DNA of 64,000 nucleotides, taken from assembly GCA_964585175.1 (NCBI GenBank), contig CAZPCW010000002.1, positions 5,535-69,534 on the forward strand, in the 5' to 3' direction. Below the pieces are notes generated by a model. That model saw only the letters and a program-made list of their open reading frames with translations. It was not told where the DNA came from and ran no database searches. Source of the DNA: an uncultured Thermoplasmata archaeon. GTDB lineage: Archaea; Thermoplasmatota; Thermoplasmata; Halarchaeoplasmatales; Halarchaeoplasmataceae. Positions 48,549-58,301 of this stretch are shown in pieces (position 1 is the stretch's first letter; each line of letters starts with the position of its first letter). The position numbers and the translations under genes are program-made.

Positions 48549-49898
48549 TTATAACTCTTCGGCTCTTTTTTCTAAAGTCTCCTTTATCTGTTCTCTATCA
48601 TCGGGGTACTGCTTTCTAAGCCAGATCCAGATGAGAGAAGAGGGCAGCCAGAAGAGAGCTCCTACCAACATAGCATTTTGGTACGCCATAGGTTTTACGT
48701 AACCTAAGCCTTTCAATAAACCTACCACTGAACCTGCAAACCACGGACCCACAGCCATACCGGAATTGTTCAATATGTTGAAGACCCCGAAGACAGTCCC
48801 TCTGTCCTCGGGAAGATTGACTTGAGAAACTACCGCCGGAACGTTGGGTCCCGCAAATGTTATCAGCTGCATGAAAAGAAGTGAGTAGATGATCAAGACT
48901 ATCCAATGTATCATGTCTAAACTGCTGGGGAAGGGATACAATATCAACGCTATAGATGCCAACATACCTATGAACATCGCTACACCGACCAGCATCGCTC
49001 TACCCCCTCTTATCCTCTTTTCGAAGTGATCTCCTAGATAACCGCCGACGAGCGAACCTATAACGGTCGAAACTCCTATAATCATCAGTACGAAGGTAGC
49101 GGTCATCTTCCCCATACCTCTCGTTACCATGAGAAATGAAACAAGCCAGTAAGTCAGTATCCCCCAGGGGATCATGCCTAGAATCCCCTGAATGAATATC
49201 AAAATATTCGTATGTGTTTTGAACGACTTCTTTACTGTTTTCATATCAATCCTATAATCGTACTCCGCACCTTCTTCCAGTGAGCTCTTCAGTTCCTTCT
49301 CACCTTCACCTCTCTTGGGTTCGACCAGTACCAGATAGAAAATAGGAGCCAGGATGAAATTAGGGAGAGACACGATTATGAACGGTATTCGCCAGGAGGC
49401 TATCAAGCCCGCAAAGCTCATGCCCACCAAAGAACCCATGCCCAGCGCGACCTGAATGTAACCGAATCCTTTACCCCTTTTCTCTTCGTCGTATATATCC
49501 GAGATCAAGGAATAACCAATGGGTATGAGAGAACCGACTCCAATCCCCGTGAATATCCTTATGAGGAATAACTGCGGATAGCTTTGAACGTAAGCCGTGA
49601 GGAAACACGGTATCTCACCAAGGAGCACACCTACCAGGAGCAGTTTTTTTCTTTCCTTGATATCCGATAGGAAGCCCCAGATAGCGGTTACTATGACACT
49701 AGAAACAACGAATATAGTAGAGACAAGGCCCATCCTTGCTTCGTTTATACCGAATTCGGTCATGATTTGCTGGTAGTTCGGAGGCAGGAGGTACTGATCG
49801 GCTACCAGCAAAGTAGCCATCAACACTAAAAGGAAAACTGCGATCTTGTTCCTCAACTCTTTGTTTTTCTCCCCTGTATCCATCAATGCCAGATCCAT
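48549..49898 (-). CDS. MFS transporter
   Basis: 449 aa with 12 predicted TM helices. An MFS loop-2/3-like motif is present. Confidence 0.8.
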   Translation of the reverse strand: MDLALMDTGEKNKELRNKIAVFLLVLMATLLVADQYLLPPNYQQIMTEFGINEARMGLVSTIFVVSSVIVTAIWGFLSDIKERKKLLLVGVLLGEIPCFLTAYVQSYPQLFLIRIFTGIGVGSLIPIGYSLISDIYDEEKRGKGFGYIQVALGMGSLVGMSFAGLIASWRIPFIIVSLPNFILAPIFYLVLVEPKRGEGEKELKSSLEEGAEYDYRIDMKTVKKSFKTHTNILIFIQGILGMIPWGILTYWLVSFLMVTRGMGKMTATFVLMIIGVSTVIGSLVGGYLGDHFEKRIRGGRAMLVGVAMFIGMLASIALILYPFPSSLDMIHWIVLIIYSLLFMQLITFAGPNVPAVVSQVNLPEDRGTVFGVFNILNNSGMAVGPWFAGSVVGLLKGLGYVKPMAYQNAMLVGALFWLPSSLIWIWLRKQYPDDREQIKETLEKRAEEL

Positions 49899-49997
49899 TC
49901 ACCTCAAAAATTCGTCATCCATATCTCTGTTGGAACAAAAATCATGGAATATATAAAACTTGCATCTCTTTAAGACATGAGCTTGAGTCTCCCGAGG

Positions 49998-50690
49998 TCA
50001 AGCTAGTAAATACGGTATGATCGAATATCTCGTGAATAGGACAGCGGAGATGTCCACGATCAGATGGATGATCGCTACCTGCAGCATGCTCTTAGTTTTC
50101 CTGTAAATGAAGATATATCCAACCGCTATCACCATCTGACCAGCAGAATATATCTGAGAAATAGGAAACACATTCTGGGATTCAAAAAGGAATCTTCCCC
50201 AGAAAAGAGCATGTATCATGCCAATAAAAACCACATAAAAAACAAAACCTATACTAAGCGAGAGATACTTACTCGTTCTTTTTTTGAAATAATTAGTGAA
50301 GGAATCGAAAACGTATAACCATGATAGCTGCTCCATGAAAGCGTTGATGGGAGCCCATATCAAGAGTGTCAATACGAATCCAACAAGATGGAAATCTTCA
50401 ACCGGCTCGTAGAGCTTGTAGCCTAGGACCAGCCTCGCGCCCTCGATAGCAAGCAAAGATAGAAAGATGAAATTCCAAAAATTGTCCGGGATCCTGTAAT
50501 CTAAAGTCCCTTTCCTCCACTTCACAACCCCTACACAGAATATGCCGTAATATATTATCAGAGGTAGTAGGGCTCCAGTTAGCTTGAAAAGATAAAAACC
50601 TATTGTAGGTAACCCGAATACTGTCAATAGAGCTAAAAGGAGATCGAGCTTTTTTGACTTGAAATCACCGCCGAAATTTTTCTCATCCAT
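49998..50690 (-). CDS. Polytopic membrane protein (possibly CPBP/Abi-like)
   Basis: 230 aa. It is hydrophobic. The family call is weak. Confidence 0.35.
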   Translation of the reverse strand: MDEKNFGGDFKSKKLDLLLALLTVFGLPTIGFYLFKLTGALLPLIIYYGIFCVGVVKWRKGTLDYRIPDNFWNFIFLSLLAIEGARLVLGYKLYEPVEDFHLVGFVLTLLIWAPINAFMEQLSWLYVFDSFTNYFKKRTSKYLSLSIGFVFYVVFIGMIHALFWGRFLFESQNVFPISQIYSAGQMVIAVGYIFIYRKTKSMLQVAIIHLIVDISAVLFTRYSIIPYLLA

Positions 50691-50763
50691 GTTTAATTAA
50701 CTGAAAGATTACTGTCCTCCCGATTTTTAATTTTGTCGGTATTTTATTGATATATTCTAAAAA

Positions 50764-52212
50764 ATGCGGATTTTCTTCCATCGTAACGTAAGGTTTAAAT
50801 TAGTTTTAAACCCTGTACTGACGGGTAAAATCATGAGCAAAGGAGTACTTGTAGTTTCATATGGAGCCAGAGCCGCCTCGATGGTAGATCTTTTTGAGAG
50901 AAGCGAACATGACGTTGATCTTTTCATAGTGGATAAACAAAAGAATCCATTCAATGTAGAGAGGGCTGAAGAACACATGGTAGATCCGAGTCTATCTGTA
51001 GATAATATAGTCAAATTTGCGAAAGAGCACGAGGACAGGATAGACTTTGGAATAGTCGGACCGGAAGATCCGATAATAGGCGGCGTGAGAGACGAAGTCG
51101 AAGAAAAGACCTCTATATCGATGATATGCCCCACCGCTGAATTCGCAATAGAAAAAAGCAAAGTGAGGCAGAGAAAGTTGATGGAAGAAGTGGCTCCCGA
51201 GATGAATCCCGAATTCAAGATTTTCGATCCAGATGAATTTTCTTCTAAAGCCGAGGTTAAAGAAGCTGTTTACGACTATCTAGATCAAATAGGAAACGAA
51301 GTCGCGATCAAACCCAATACACCAGCGGCGGGTAAAGGTGTAGGTGTCTGGGGAGATCATTTCACCTCTAGAGAGAAGTTATTCGAAGAATTTTTCTATC
51401 CTAACTTCACAGATGGTAAAGTCCTCATCGAAAGAAAAGTAGAAGGGGAGGAGTTCAGCCTACAGTTCATCTCCGACGGCGAGCATCTGATAAAAACTCC
51501 CGCAGTGAGAGATTACAAGCGCGCCTTTGAAGGAGAAGAGGGGCCCAACACCGGAGGTATGGGTTCTTACAAAGCCGAAGGTGACATACTGCCGTTCATG
51601 GGCGAAAGCGATTGGGAAAAAGCTCTGAAAACAGGAGAGAAGTTACACGAAGTGTTGAAAAAAGAAGGTGATGAAGAAGATTTGAGAGGCTTCCCGCTCT
51701 ACATGGCATATGTCTGTTCATCTGACGGGATAAAGATGTTCGAGATCAACAGCAGACCTGGAGATCCAGAGATCATGAATATACTACCGATCTTAAAAGA
51801 AGACTTCGTAGAAGTCTGCCATAAGATATTAGAGGGCGAACTAACTTCTCTAGAATTCGAAGATAGAGCCACTGTCCTGACTTACAAGGTACCATGGGAT
51901 TACGGTAAAGACGAAGAATATGAAGGAGATAAAAAGATCGATCTTTCAGCTGCCAAGGAGATGGAAGAAGACCACAGCGATAACCTGAGGATATATCCCG
52001 CCGCACTAGAGATGGAAAACGGCGATTACTACGCACAAAGCTCCAGAACGATAGGTCTTGTCGGAATAGACGAAACTATAGAAAAGGCGAGATCTATTTC
52101 ACAAGAAGCTGTAGAAAAGATAAAGGGGGCAGATCTCCGATACAGGAGCGATATCGCCTCTGAAGACCATATACAAAAAAGTAAAGACCATATGGCCGAG
52201 CTGAGAAAATAG
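50764..52212 (+). CDS. purD: PurD-family ATP-grasp ligase (phosphoribosylamine–glycine ligase-like) with divergent N-terminal loop
   Basis: The likely start is MSKGVLVV at 50833. VGPEDP, AIKPNTPAAGKGVGVW, DGEH, GPNTGGMGSY and EINSRPGDPE parallel PurD motifs. The canonical N-terminal GSGGREHA is replaced by SYGARAAS. Confidence 0.65.
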   Translation: MRIFFHRNVRFKLVLNPVLTGKIMSKGVLVVSYGARAASMVDLFERSEHDVDLFIVDKQKNPFNVERAEEHMVDPSLSVDNIVKFAKEHEDRIDFGIVGPEDPIIGGVRDEVEEKTSISMICPTAEFAIEKSKVRQRKLMEEVAPEMNPEFKIFDPDEFSSKAEVKEAVYDYLDQIGNEVAIKPNTPAAGKGVGVWGDHFTSREKLFEEFFYPNFTDGKVLIERKVEGEEFSLQFISDGEHLIKTPAVRDYKRAFEGEEGPNTGGMGSYKAEGDILPFMGESDWEKALKTGEKLHEVLKKEGDEEDLRGFPLYMAYVCSSDGIKMFEINSRPGDPEIMNILPILKEDFVEVCHKILEGELTSLEFEDRATVLTYKVPWDYGKDEEYEGDKKIDLSAAKEMEEDHSDNLRIYPAALEMENGDYYAQSSRTIGLVGIDETIEKARSISQEAVEKIKGADLRYRSDIASEDHIQKSKDHMAELRK

Positions 52213-52248
52213 AACATCGGCCACAAAAACATCTTTCTCTCTTCTAAA

Positions 52249-53049
52249 TCAATCTCTCGACCATACCATGTGATCCACTGGTTTTTCCCCCTCTCCGATA
52301 TCTAGACCGTTTTTTATAGTGTCGTCGATGAACTTCTTAGCCGTTTTGACCGATTCTACTACGGACTTTCCTTTTGCGAGATTAGCGGCGATTGCTGAAG
52401 AGAAGGTGCAGCCGGTGCCGTGCTTGTGAGAAGTGAATTTTTCGCCGTAGATCTCTTTAAAATCGTTTCCGTCATAAAATACATCTACAACTTTATCACC
52501 CGCATCCCCGGCTTTCACCACGATGTTATCGGCACCCATCTCATACAACTTAATACCTGTTTCCTTCATATCTTCTACTGTCTCTATTCTCTCACCTGTC
52601 AGCTTTTCCCCTTCTCTAATATTGGGAGTGATCACCATGGACCGATGTACAATCTCGTCGATATACTTTTCGACCGCTGCATCTTTTATCAACTGATCTC
52701 CGGATTTGGTGACCATCACCGGATCGACAACTACCTCGAGCTCCCATTCATCTATCTTTCTTGCGACTGTTTCTATTATGTCCGAGTTAGATAGCATTCC
52801 TGTTTTTACAGAATCGACGGATATATCGTCTAAAACCGCATTGGTTTGCTCCCCTACAACGTCAGAAGGAATATCGTGCACCGCTCTTACTTCTCTAGTG
52901 TTCTGTGCTGTAACTGAAGTAACTACTGCGGTACCATAGACGTCGAATGCAGAAAAAGTCTTCAGATCGGCCTCTATACCCGCTCCCCCACCAGAGTCGG
53001 AACCGGCTATGGTCAGCGCGACCGGTACTTTCTTCATATTTTTCCTCAC
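52249..53049 (-). CDS. thiD: Hydroxymethylpyrimidine/phosphomethylpyrimidine kinase
   Basis: 266 aa. N-terminal [21 protein letters not shown] and the C-terminal [16 protein letters not shown] are present. Confidence 0.88.
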   Translation of the reverse strand: MRKNMKKVPVALTIAGSDSGGGAGIEADLKTFSAFDVYGTAVVTSVTAQNTREVRAVHDIPSDVVGEQTNAVLDDISVDSVKTGMLSNSDIIETVARKIDEWELEVVVDPVMVTKSGDQLIKDAAVEKYIDEIVHRSMVITPNIREGEKLTGERIETVEDMKETGIKLYEMGADNIVVKAGDAGDKVVDVFYDGNDFKEIYGEKFTSHKHGTGCTFSSAIAANLAKGKSVVESVKTAKKFIDDTIKNGLDIGEGEKPVDHMVWSRD

Positions 53050-54410
53050 TTTTTCTTATGAAGGCGCCATCTGCCTATGAAAAGGTCGATTTCGCCGTTC
53101 TGCTCACCGACTTCGAACCGCACTTTGTTCTTTTCTCCGTTACCGTCCAAGTAATAGAAATTGAAGTCTTCAATATCCTTCCTTTCCGGTATCAATATAA
53201 CTTGTTCACTTTCCAACCTCTCCTTCACAGTCAATTTCAGCAGACCTGCTTCTTTCTCTATTTCCATCTCTTTTATTCCTCTGTATGACTCATAAGTACC
53301 GGTTAATTTCTCCAACCTTTCCTTTCTTTTGAAGTACGTTAGTTCATCGCCATCCTCGCCTTTCACGGTTTTGATGATCCATTTCCCGGCTTCCTCAAAA
53401 GAACCGCTCGGTATCGTGTTGGCAGCTATAGCCACACCTATATCACCGACGAAGCCTATGAATCCTCCGCTGACAGCGATAGAACCGCTGTGACCTATGA
53501 ATTTCTCACCGTCTAACTCTTTGACCATCCAGCCGTATCCGTAGTCGCTAGTTTCTCTTTTGATGTGAGCGGTATGCATCTTTTCCAACAGTTCTGGATC
53601 TACTAACTGTTTTCCGTCAAACTCACCCTTATTCATATTCATGATCAAGTAATTCGCCAGTTCGTCTGCCGAACTCAGCAGACCTCCTCCGGGATGGCCT
53701 ATCTCCCTGAGAGGATACGATGTTTCTTCGGGTCCGTCTTCCCCCATGAAATAAGGTGTCATCATGTCTCCTTCGTCTTCATCATAATCGAATCTCGATC
53801 TCTCCATCTCTAGCGGTTCAAAGATCTCGTCCTCTATAAATTGAGGATAGGATTTTCCGCTCACTTCTTCTATTATCTGACCTAGTAGAGCATAACCTGA
53901 ATTGAAGTAGAAAAATTCCTCACCCGGCTCGTCCGCCATTTCACCCTTAGCGCCGTTAAGATGAGTATAGAAATCATCAAGATCAGCGAGAGGGAGACCT
54001 CTTTCGTCCATATCTATCAATCTATCGATCAGGGCTTCGCTGACGCCCAATGAAGGCATACCGGAGGAATGCGTCAACAGATTGTGAATCTTTACCTGCT
54101 TATCCCAATCTACCGGCACGTATTCCGTGATATCATCATCTATCTCGATATCTCCTCTCTCTACAAGCATCATTATCGCCAAAGCCGTGAAGGACTTTGT
54201 CACAGAGGCCATGCCATATAATGTTCTTGGAGTTGCAGGAATATTATTTTCTAGATTCTTAGCACCGAACCCCTTCTCATATTTTTTCTCGTCCCCCTCG
54301 ACTACAGCGATGCTCATACCGGGAACCTTGTTTTCAGTCATCCATTCAGCTACAAAATCTTCTATCTTCTCCTTGAGCTCTACTCCAAATTCATCCTTCT
54401 CTTTAACCAT
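53046..54410 (-). CDS. Serine hydrolase, β-lactamase/PBP family
   Basis: 454 aa. The S-x-x-K active-site motif is ASVTKSF. The length and C-terminal β-domain fit class C-like esterases. Confidence 0.75.
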   Translation of the reverse strand: MVKEKDEFGVELKEKIEDFVAEWMTENKVPGMSIAVVEGDEKKYEKGFGAKNLENNIPATPRTLYGMASVTKSFTALAIMMLVERGDIEIDDDITEYVPVDWDKQVKIHNLLTHSSGMPSLGVSEALIDRLIDMDERGLPLADLDDFYTHLNGAKGEMADEPGEEFFYFNSGYALLGQIIEEVSGKSYPQFIEDEIFEPLEMERSRFDYDEDEGDMMTPYFMGEDGPEETSYPLREIGHPGGGLLSSADELANYLIMNMNKGEFDGKQLVDPELLEKMHTAHIKRETSDYGYGWMVKELDGEKFIGHSGSIAVSGGFIGFVGDIGVAIAANTIPSGSFEEAGKWIIKTVKGEDGDELTYFKRKERLEKLTGTYESYRGIKEMEIEKEAGLLKLTVKERLESEQVILIPERKDIEDFNFYYLDGNGEKNKVRFEVGEQNGEIDLFIGRWRLHKKK

Positions 54411-54555
54411 CTAGGCTCCACCTCGGTTTATAACATTTTGTACTCTTTTGTGTCTTTTACTAGTTGTGGAGCTCGTAACTTAGTTCAAAAAGTTACGAGT
54501 TCCACTATAATTTTGTATGAAGACAAAAGTAAATAGTTTTTCGGAGATTCATTAA

Positions 54556-55014
54556 TTAAAGATATCTAACCATCTTATAACCTGCTTCTCCATTAGTATA
54601 AAAATCATCTAATCTAGAGACCATCTGAAATCCTCTTCTTTTATAAAAGTTTATAGTTCTCTGATTGCCCACTCGCACCTCTAAGGTGATTTTATTAGCT
54701 CCGGAGGAAGAGCTCACCTCTATAAAATTTTCCAAAAGATTACTACCAATGCCCTGATTCCTATAGAAGGGATGTACCGCGAGCATCAAGACCCTGGCTG
54801 TTTTCGCATCCTCCTTCATCCCACAGATGAAACCGGTCACCTCACCGCTCATCTCGTGTACTAAAAAACCATCCCTCCAAAATTTATGGATCGATATGTA
54901 TAACTCTCTAGTGTATTCCTCTTTCAGAGATATATCCGCGATACGCTCGACTTTCTCTAGATCTTCTCTGTTAAATCTTCTTATTATAGCCATCTCTTTA
55001 CGGGAAACATACAA
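54556..55014 (-). CDS. GNAT-family N-acetyltransferase
   Basis: 152 aa. It carries the acetyl-CoA-binding motif RNQGIGSNL. Confidence 0.8.
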   Translation of the reverse strand: MYVSRKEMAIIRRFNREDLEKVERIADISLKEEYTRELYISIHKFWRDGFLVHEMSGEVTGFICGMKEDAKTARVLMLAVHPFYRNQGIGSNLLENFIEVSSSSGANKITLEVRVGNQRTINFYKRRGFQMVSRLDDFYTNGEAGYKMVRYL

Positions 55015-55100
55015 TAGAGATGATATTTATACTCGGGGATTGTTTATAGATACACATTGAGAATCATCGAAAATTCTAATCATCTAGATAAATCATTTAA

Positions 55101-55108
55101 TTTAAATA
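55101..55108 (+). promoter_or_regulatory. Putative TATA box upstream of metG
   Basis: TTTAAATA lies about 22 nt upstream of the ATG at 55131. Confidence 0.3.
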
Positions 55109-55130
55109 TCGAAAGATTCTTCACTTAACC

Positions 55131-57326
55131 ATGAGCAAAATATTAATTGGTGTCGCATGGCCTTACGCCAACGGTCCGATACATATAGGCCAAGTGGGTG
55201 GATGCTACCTTCCTCCAGACATATTTAGACGCTACCACGATATGAATGGAGATGAGGTACTGATGGTATCAGGTTCCGATCAGCACGGTACTCCGGTAAC
55301 TGTTACGGCGGAAGAGGAAGGTCTGTCACCGAAAGAGACTGCCGAGAAATACCACAGGATCAATTCTAAAGCTTTAAACGATCTAAATGTTGATTTTTCT
55401 CTCTTCACTTATACTATGAATGAAACACATAAGAGAGTTGTTAGAGATATATTCAAAACATTGTATGAAAAGGACCACATATACTTAGATTCGATGGAAA
55501 CCTTTTATTGTCCCAACTGCGAGCGATCGCTTCCAGATAGATATGTTATAGGTACCTGTCCTGAGTGTGGACAAGAGGATGTGAAAGGTGATCAATGTGA
55601 CGAGTGCGGCACACTTTTGGATCCTGAGGAGCTTCTCGACCCCAAGTGTAAACACTGTGGAGAGGAACCTGAGTTAAGAGAAAGCGAACACTTCTTTTTG
55701 AAACTTTCAAACTTCCAGCAGGTGCTTAAAGATTATTTGAAGGATAAAGATCACTGGAAAAACAATGTATTAAATTTCACACAGAGCTGGCTAGATGAAG
55801 GACTTGAAGACCGTCCTATCTCTAGAGATATGGATTGGGGGATCTCGGTTCCTATAGAAGGTTATGAAGATAAGAAAATATACGTGTGGTTTGAAGCGGT
55901 GATAGGATACCTATCTACATCGATCAAATGGTCGGAAGAAACCGACGGAGATTGGACAAAATTTTGGAAAAATCCGAACGCGAAGCATTACTACTTCTTA
56001 GCGAAGGACAATATCCCGTTCCACACGATCATATGGCCCTCAATACTACTGGGATATGACAGTGATCTGAATCTACCCTACGACGTTCCAGCGAATCAAT
56101 ACATGAGACTTGGAGGAGAACAATTCTCCACTTCTAGAGGAACTATAGTTTCTCTACCGGATCTACTGGATGATTTCAATAGCGATGCCGTCCGGTATTA
56201 TATCACAACCATCATGCCGGAAACTAAAGATACGAATTTTGATTGGGGAGAGTTCGAGGATAAAATAAATTCTGAACTCGTTGGTAATCTAGGTAATTTC
56301 ATACACCGGGTTCTTTCATTCACCTACTCCAATTTTGGAAAAGTTCCGGAACACGACGATCTAGATAAGAGGGATAAAGAGATATTGGAAAAGATCGAAA
56401 AGAAAACTGAAGCTATCGGAAAAGATATTGAAAACTGTAAATTCAAAGAGGGGCTCAAGAAGATACTGGAGCTCTCAAGGACGGGAAACAAATACTTCAA
56501 CGACAAGGCCCCGTGGGAGGACTTACCTGAAGATGAAAGGTCTGCCGCTACGACTCTAAATATCTCTCTAAGGTTAGTAAAGGCTCTCTGTATAACCGCC
56601 GCTCCTTACCTACCCAAAAGCATGGACACTCTCTGGGATTACCTTTCAAAAGAAAAATCTAGCGTGCATGACAAAGCGTGGAAGGAAGCTTTGAATCCTC
56701 TAGAACCGGGAACTGATTTAGAAGAACCGGAACCTCTCTACGACACTATCGATCTAGACGAGATGAGGGAAGGGTCAGAGCTTGTAGATTCTATGGAAAG
56801 ATTAGATCTTAGAGTAGGAAAGATAAATAAAGTAAAGGAACATCCTAACGCTGATAAACTATACGTAACTCGAGTTGATATAGGTGAAGAACAGAGAACT
56901 TTGGTCGCTGGACTTAGACCTTATTACGATAAATCGGAGATGGAAGGTAAAAAAATAGTCGTAGTCGCGAATCTAGAAGCTGCTGAATTAAGAGGTATCA
57001 AATCAGAAGGTATGATGCTGGCCGCTCAGGAAGATGAAACGGTCTCTCTGCTTCAGCCGGAAAGTGAAGTAGGCGAGAACATTGAAAAATCCAGTAAAGG
57101 CGCAGAAAAGATCTCATTCGACGATTTTCAGGAATTAGAGTTCAAAACCGTCGGATGGCAGAACGGGAATATAATAGCGGAAAAAGAGCTCGAAGCTATA
57201 GATGGTGAAGAATTTGAAGAGACTGGTGTAGCGCTGATCGATGAAAACAGTGCCCTTTTACTGAAAGACAGTAAAGGTGTAGTGAAATTAGATAAGGAGA
57301 TATCACCAGATAGCGAAGTAATGTGA
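55131..57326 (+). CDS. metG: Methionine–tRNA ligase with C-terminal EMAP/tRNA-binding domain
   Basis: 731 aa. There is a HIGH-like PYANGPIHIGQVGG motif, a zinc knuckle CPNCERS...CPECG, a KMSKS-like FSTSRG motif, and a C-terminal OB-fold (Myf). Confidence 0.92.
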   Translation: MSKILIGVAWPYANGPIHIGQVGGCYLPPDIFRRYHDMNGDEVLMVSGSDQHGTPVTVTAEEEGLSPKETAEKYHRINSKALNDLNVDFSLFTYTMNETHKRVVRDIFKTLYEKDHIYLDSMETFYCPNCERSLPDRYVIGTCPECGQEDVKGDQCDECGTLLDPEELLDPKCKHCGEEPELRESEHFFLKLSNFQQVLKDYLKDKDHWKNNVLNFTQSWLDEGLEDRPISRDMDWGISVPIEGYEDKKIYVWFEAVIGYLSTSIKWSEETDGDWTKFWKNPNAKHYYFLAKDNIPFHTIIWPSILLGYDSDLNLPYDVPANQYMRLGGEQFSTSRGTIVSLPDLLDDFNSDAVRYYITTIMPETKDTNFDWGEFEDKINSELVGNLGNFIHRVLSFTYSNFGKVPEHDDLDKRDKEILEKIEKKTEAIGKDIENCKFKEGLKKILELSRTGNKYFNDKAPWEDLPEDERSAATTLNISLRLVKALCITAAPYLPKSMDTLWDYLSKEKSSVHDKAWKEALNPLEPGTDLEEPEPLYDTIDLDEMREGSELVDSMERLDLRVGKINKVKEHPNADKLYVTRVDIGEEQRTLVAGLRPYYDKSEMEGKKIVVVANLEAAELRGIKSEGMMLAAQEDETVSLLQPESEVGENIEKSSKGAEKISFDDFQELEFKTVGWQNGNIIAEKELEAIDGEEFEETGVALIDENSALLLKDSKGVVKLDKEISPDSEVM

Positions 57327-57488
57327 TTTCCTCTTAGGGAATGTATTTTGGACTCCCCAACATATAATTACCTCTATCGCAATTTTAGTAGTAACAAAAT
57401 AGAATGTTCTTCTATTAAAAAAAGAAAAAGACTTTTTATTTCCTGATTTCCAGGATTACTTTTAACTGTTATCAATGTTTTTTCCCTA

Positions 57489-58301
57489 TTACCACGGCCT
57501 TCTGCTCTTCCTCTTTCTCTGCCTATAGAGAAGGAATACTACAAAGCTAACGGCTATAACTGCAACTATAACTCCTGCATAGAGCATAGTATTTGTCTCA
57601 CCTTCTACGTGGAATGTGCGATCCATGACCCGGTCTTGTTTATTGAAACTATCGGGATCGTTATCGGTTCCATAATCCACCCAGACTTTTAGATCATGCT
57701 CTCCTGAAGATAAACCTTCTTTAGACCACTTGAAAGTTACCTTTCTCTGTTCCCCAGGCTTCAAATCCTCTACCATGACAGTGCTCTTCTTATCGCCGTC
57801 TATGAACAATCCCAATTCCATCTTCTTGATAGTGATGTTGGTCGGATTATTTATGGGGACCGTGGTTACTTCAGGTTCCTCTACTTCGATCCTGTACTGT
57901 TTCTCCGTATATGAGACGCTTCCGTTCTTACCACAATATGCCGTTAAATTCAGATATCCTTTTCCTTCCTCGTGTACAGTAACATTCACCGTGTACACAT
58001 TAGTCGTAGAGGTTCCGATGCTCTGAGGTTCAACGGTCGCGTCCATAGTCGATTCGGTTTTAAGAGTCCAATTGTCAGCTCTCTCAGCATCTACAAGATC
58101 GTCACCGACTTGGAACACACCTTTTATCTCTACTTCGTAATTCTCGGTTTCATTGACAAATAACTTATCCGGACCGTCGACTGATATATTAATACGGCTG
58201 TCTTCTTGCGCAGCTTCAGATATCTGGAAAGCGGACATCCCGCTTCCTATCATCATCAAGATCACTATTATGGCCAAAAAGGCCGGTTTTTTCCACTTCA
58301 T
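57489..58301 (-). CDS. Membrane-anchored surface protein with Ig-like/CARDB-like domains
   Basis: Likely start MKWKKPAFLAIIV at 58301, which overlaps the AglB stop by 1 nt. An N-terminal signal/TM is followed by a β-rich ectodomain. The C-terminal TM is followed by an RKRKSRR tail. Confidence 0.65.
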   Translation of the reverse strand: MKWKKPAFLAIIVILMMIGSGMSAFQISEAAQEDSRINISVDGPDKLFVNETENYEVEIKGVFQVGDDLVDAERADNWTLKTESTMDATVEPQSIGTSTTNVYTVNVTVHEEGKGYLNLTAYCGKNGSVSYTEKQYRIEVEEPEVTTVPINNPTNITIKKMELGLFIDGDKKSTVMVEDLKPGEQRKVTFKWSKEGLSSGEHDLKVWVDYGTDNDPDSFNKQDRVMDRTFHVEGETNTMLYAGVIVAVIAVSFVVFLLYRQRKRKSRRPW

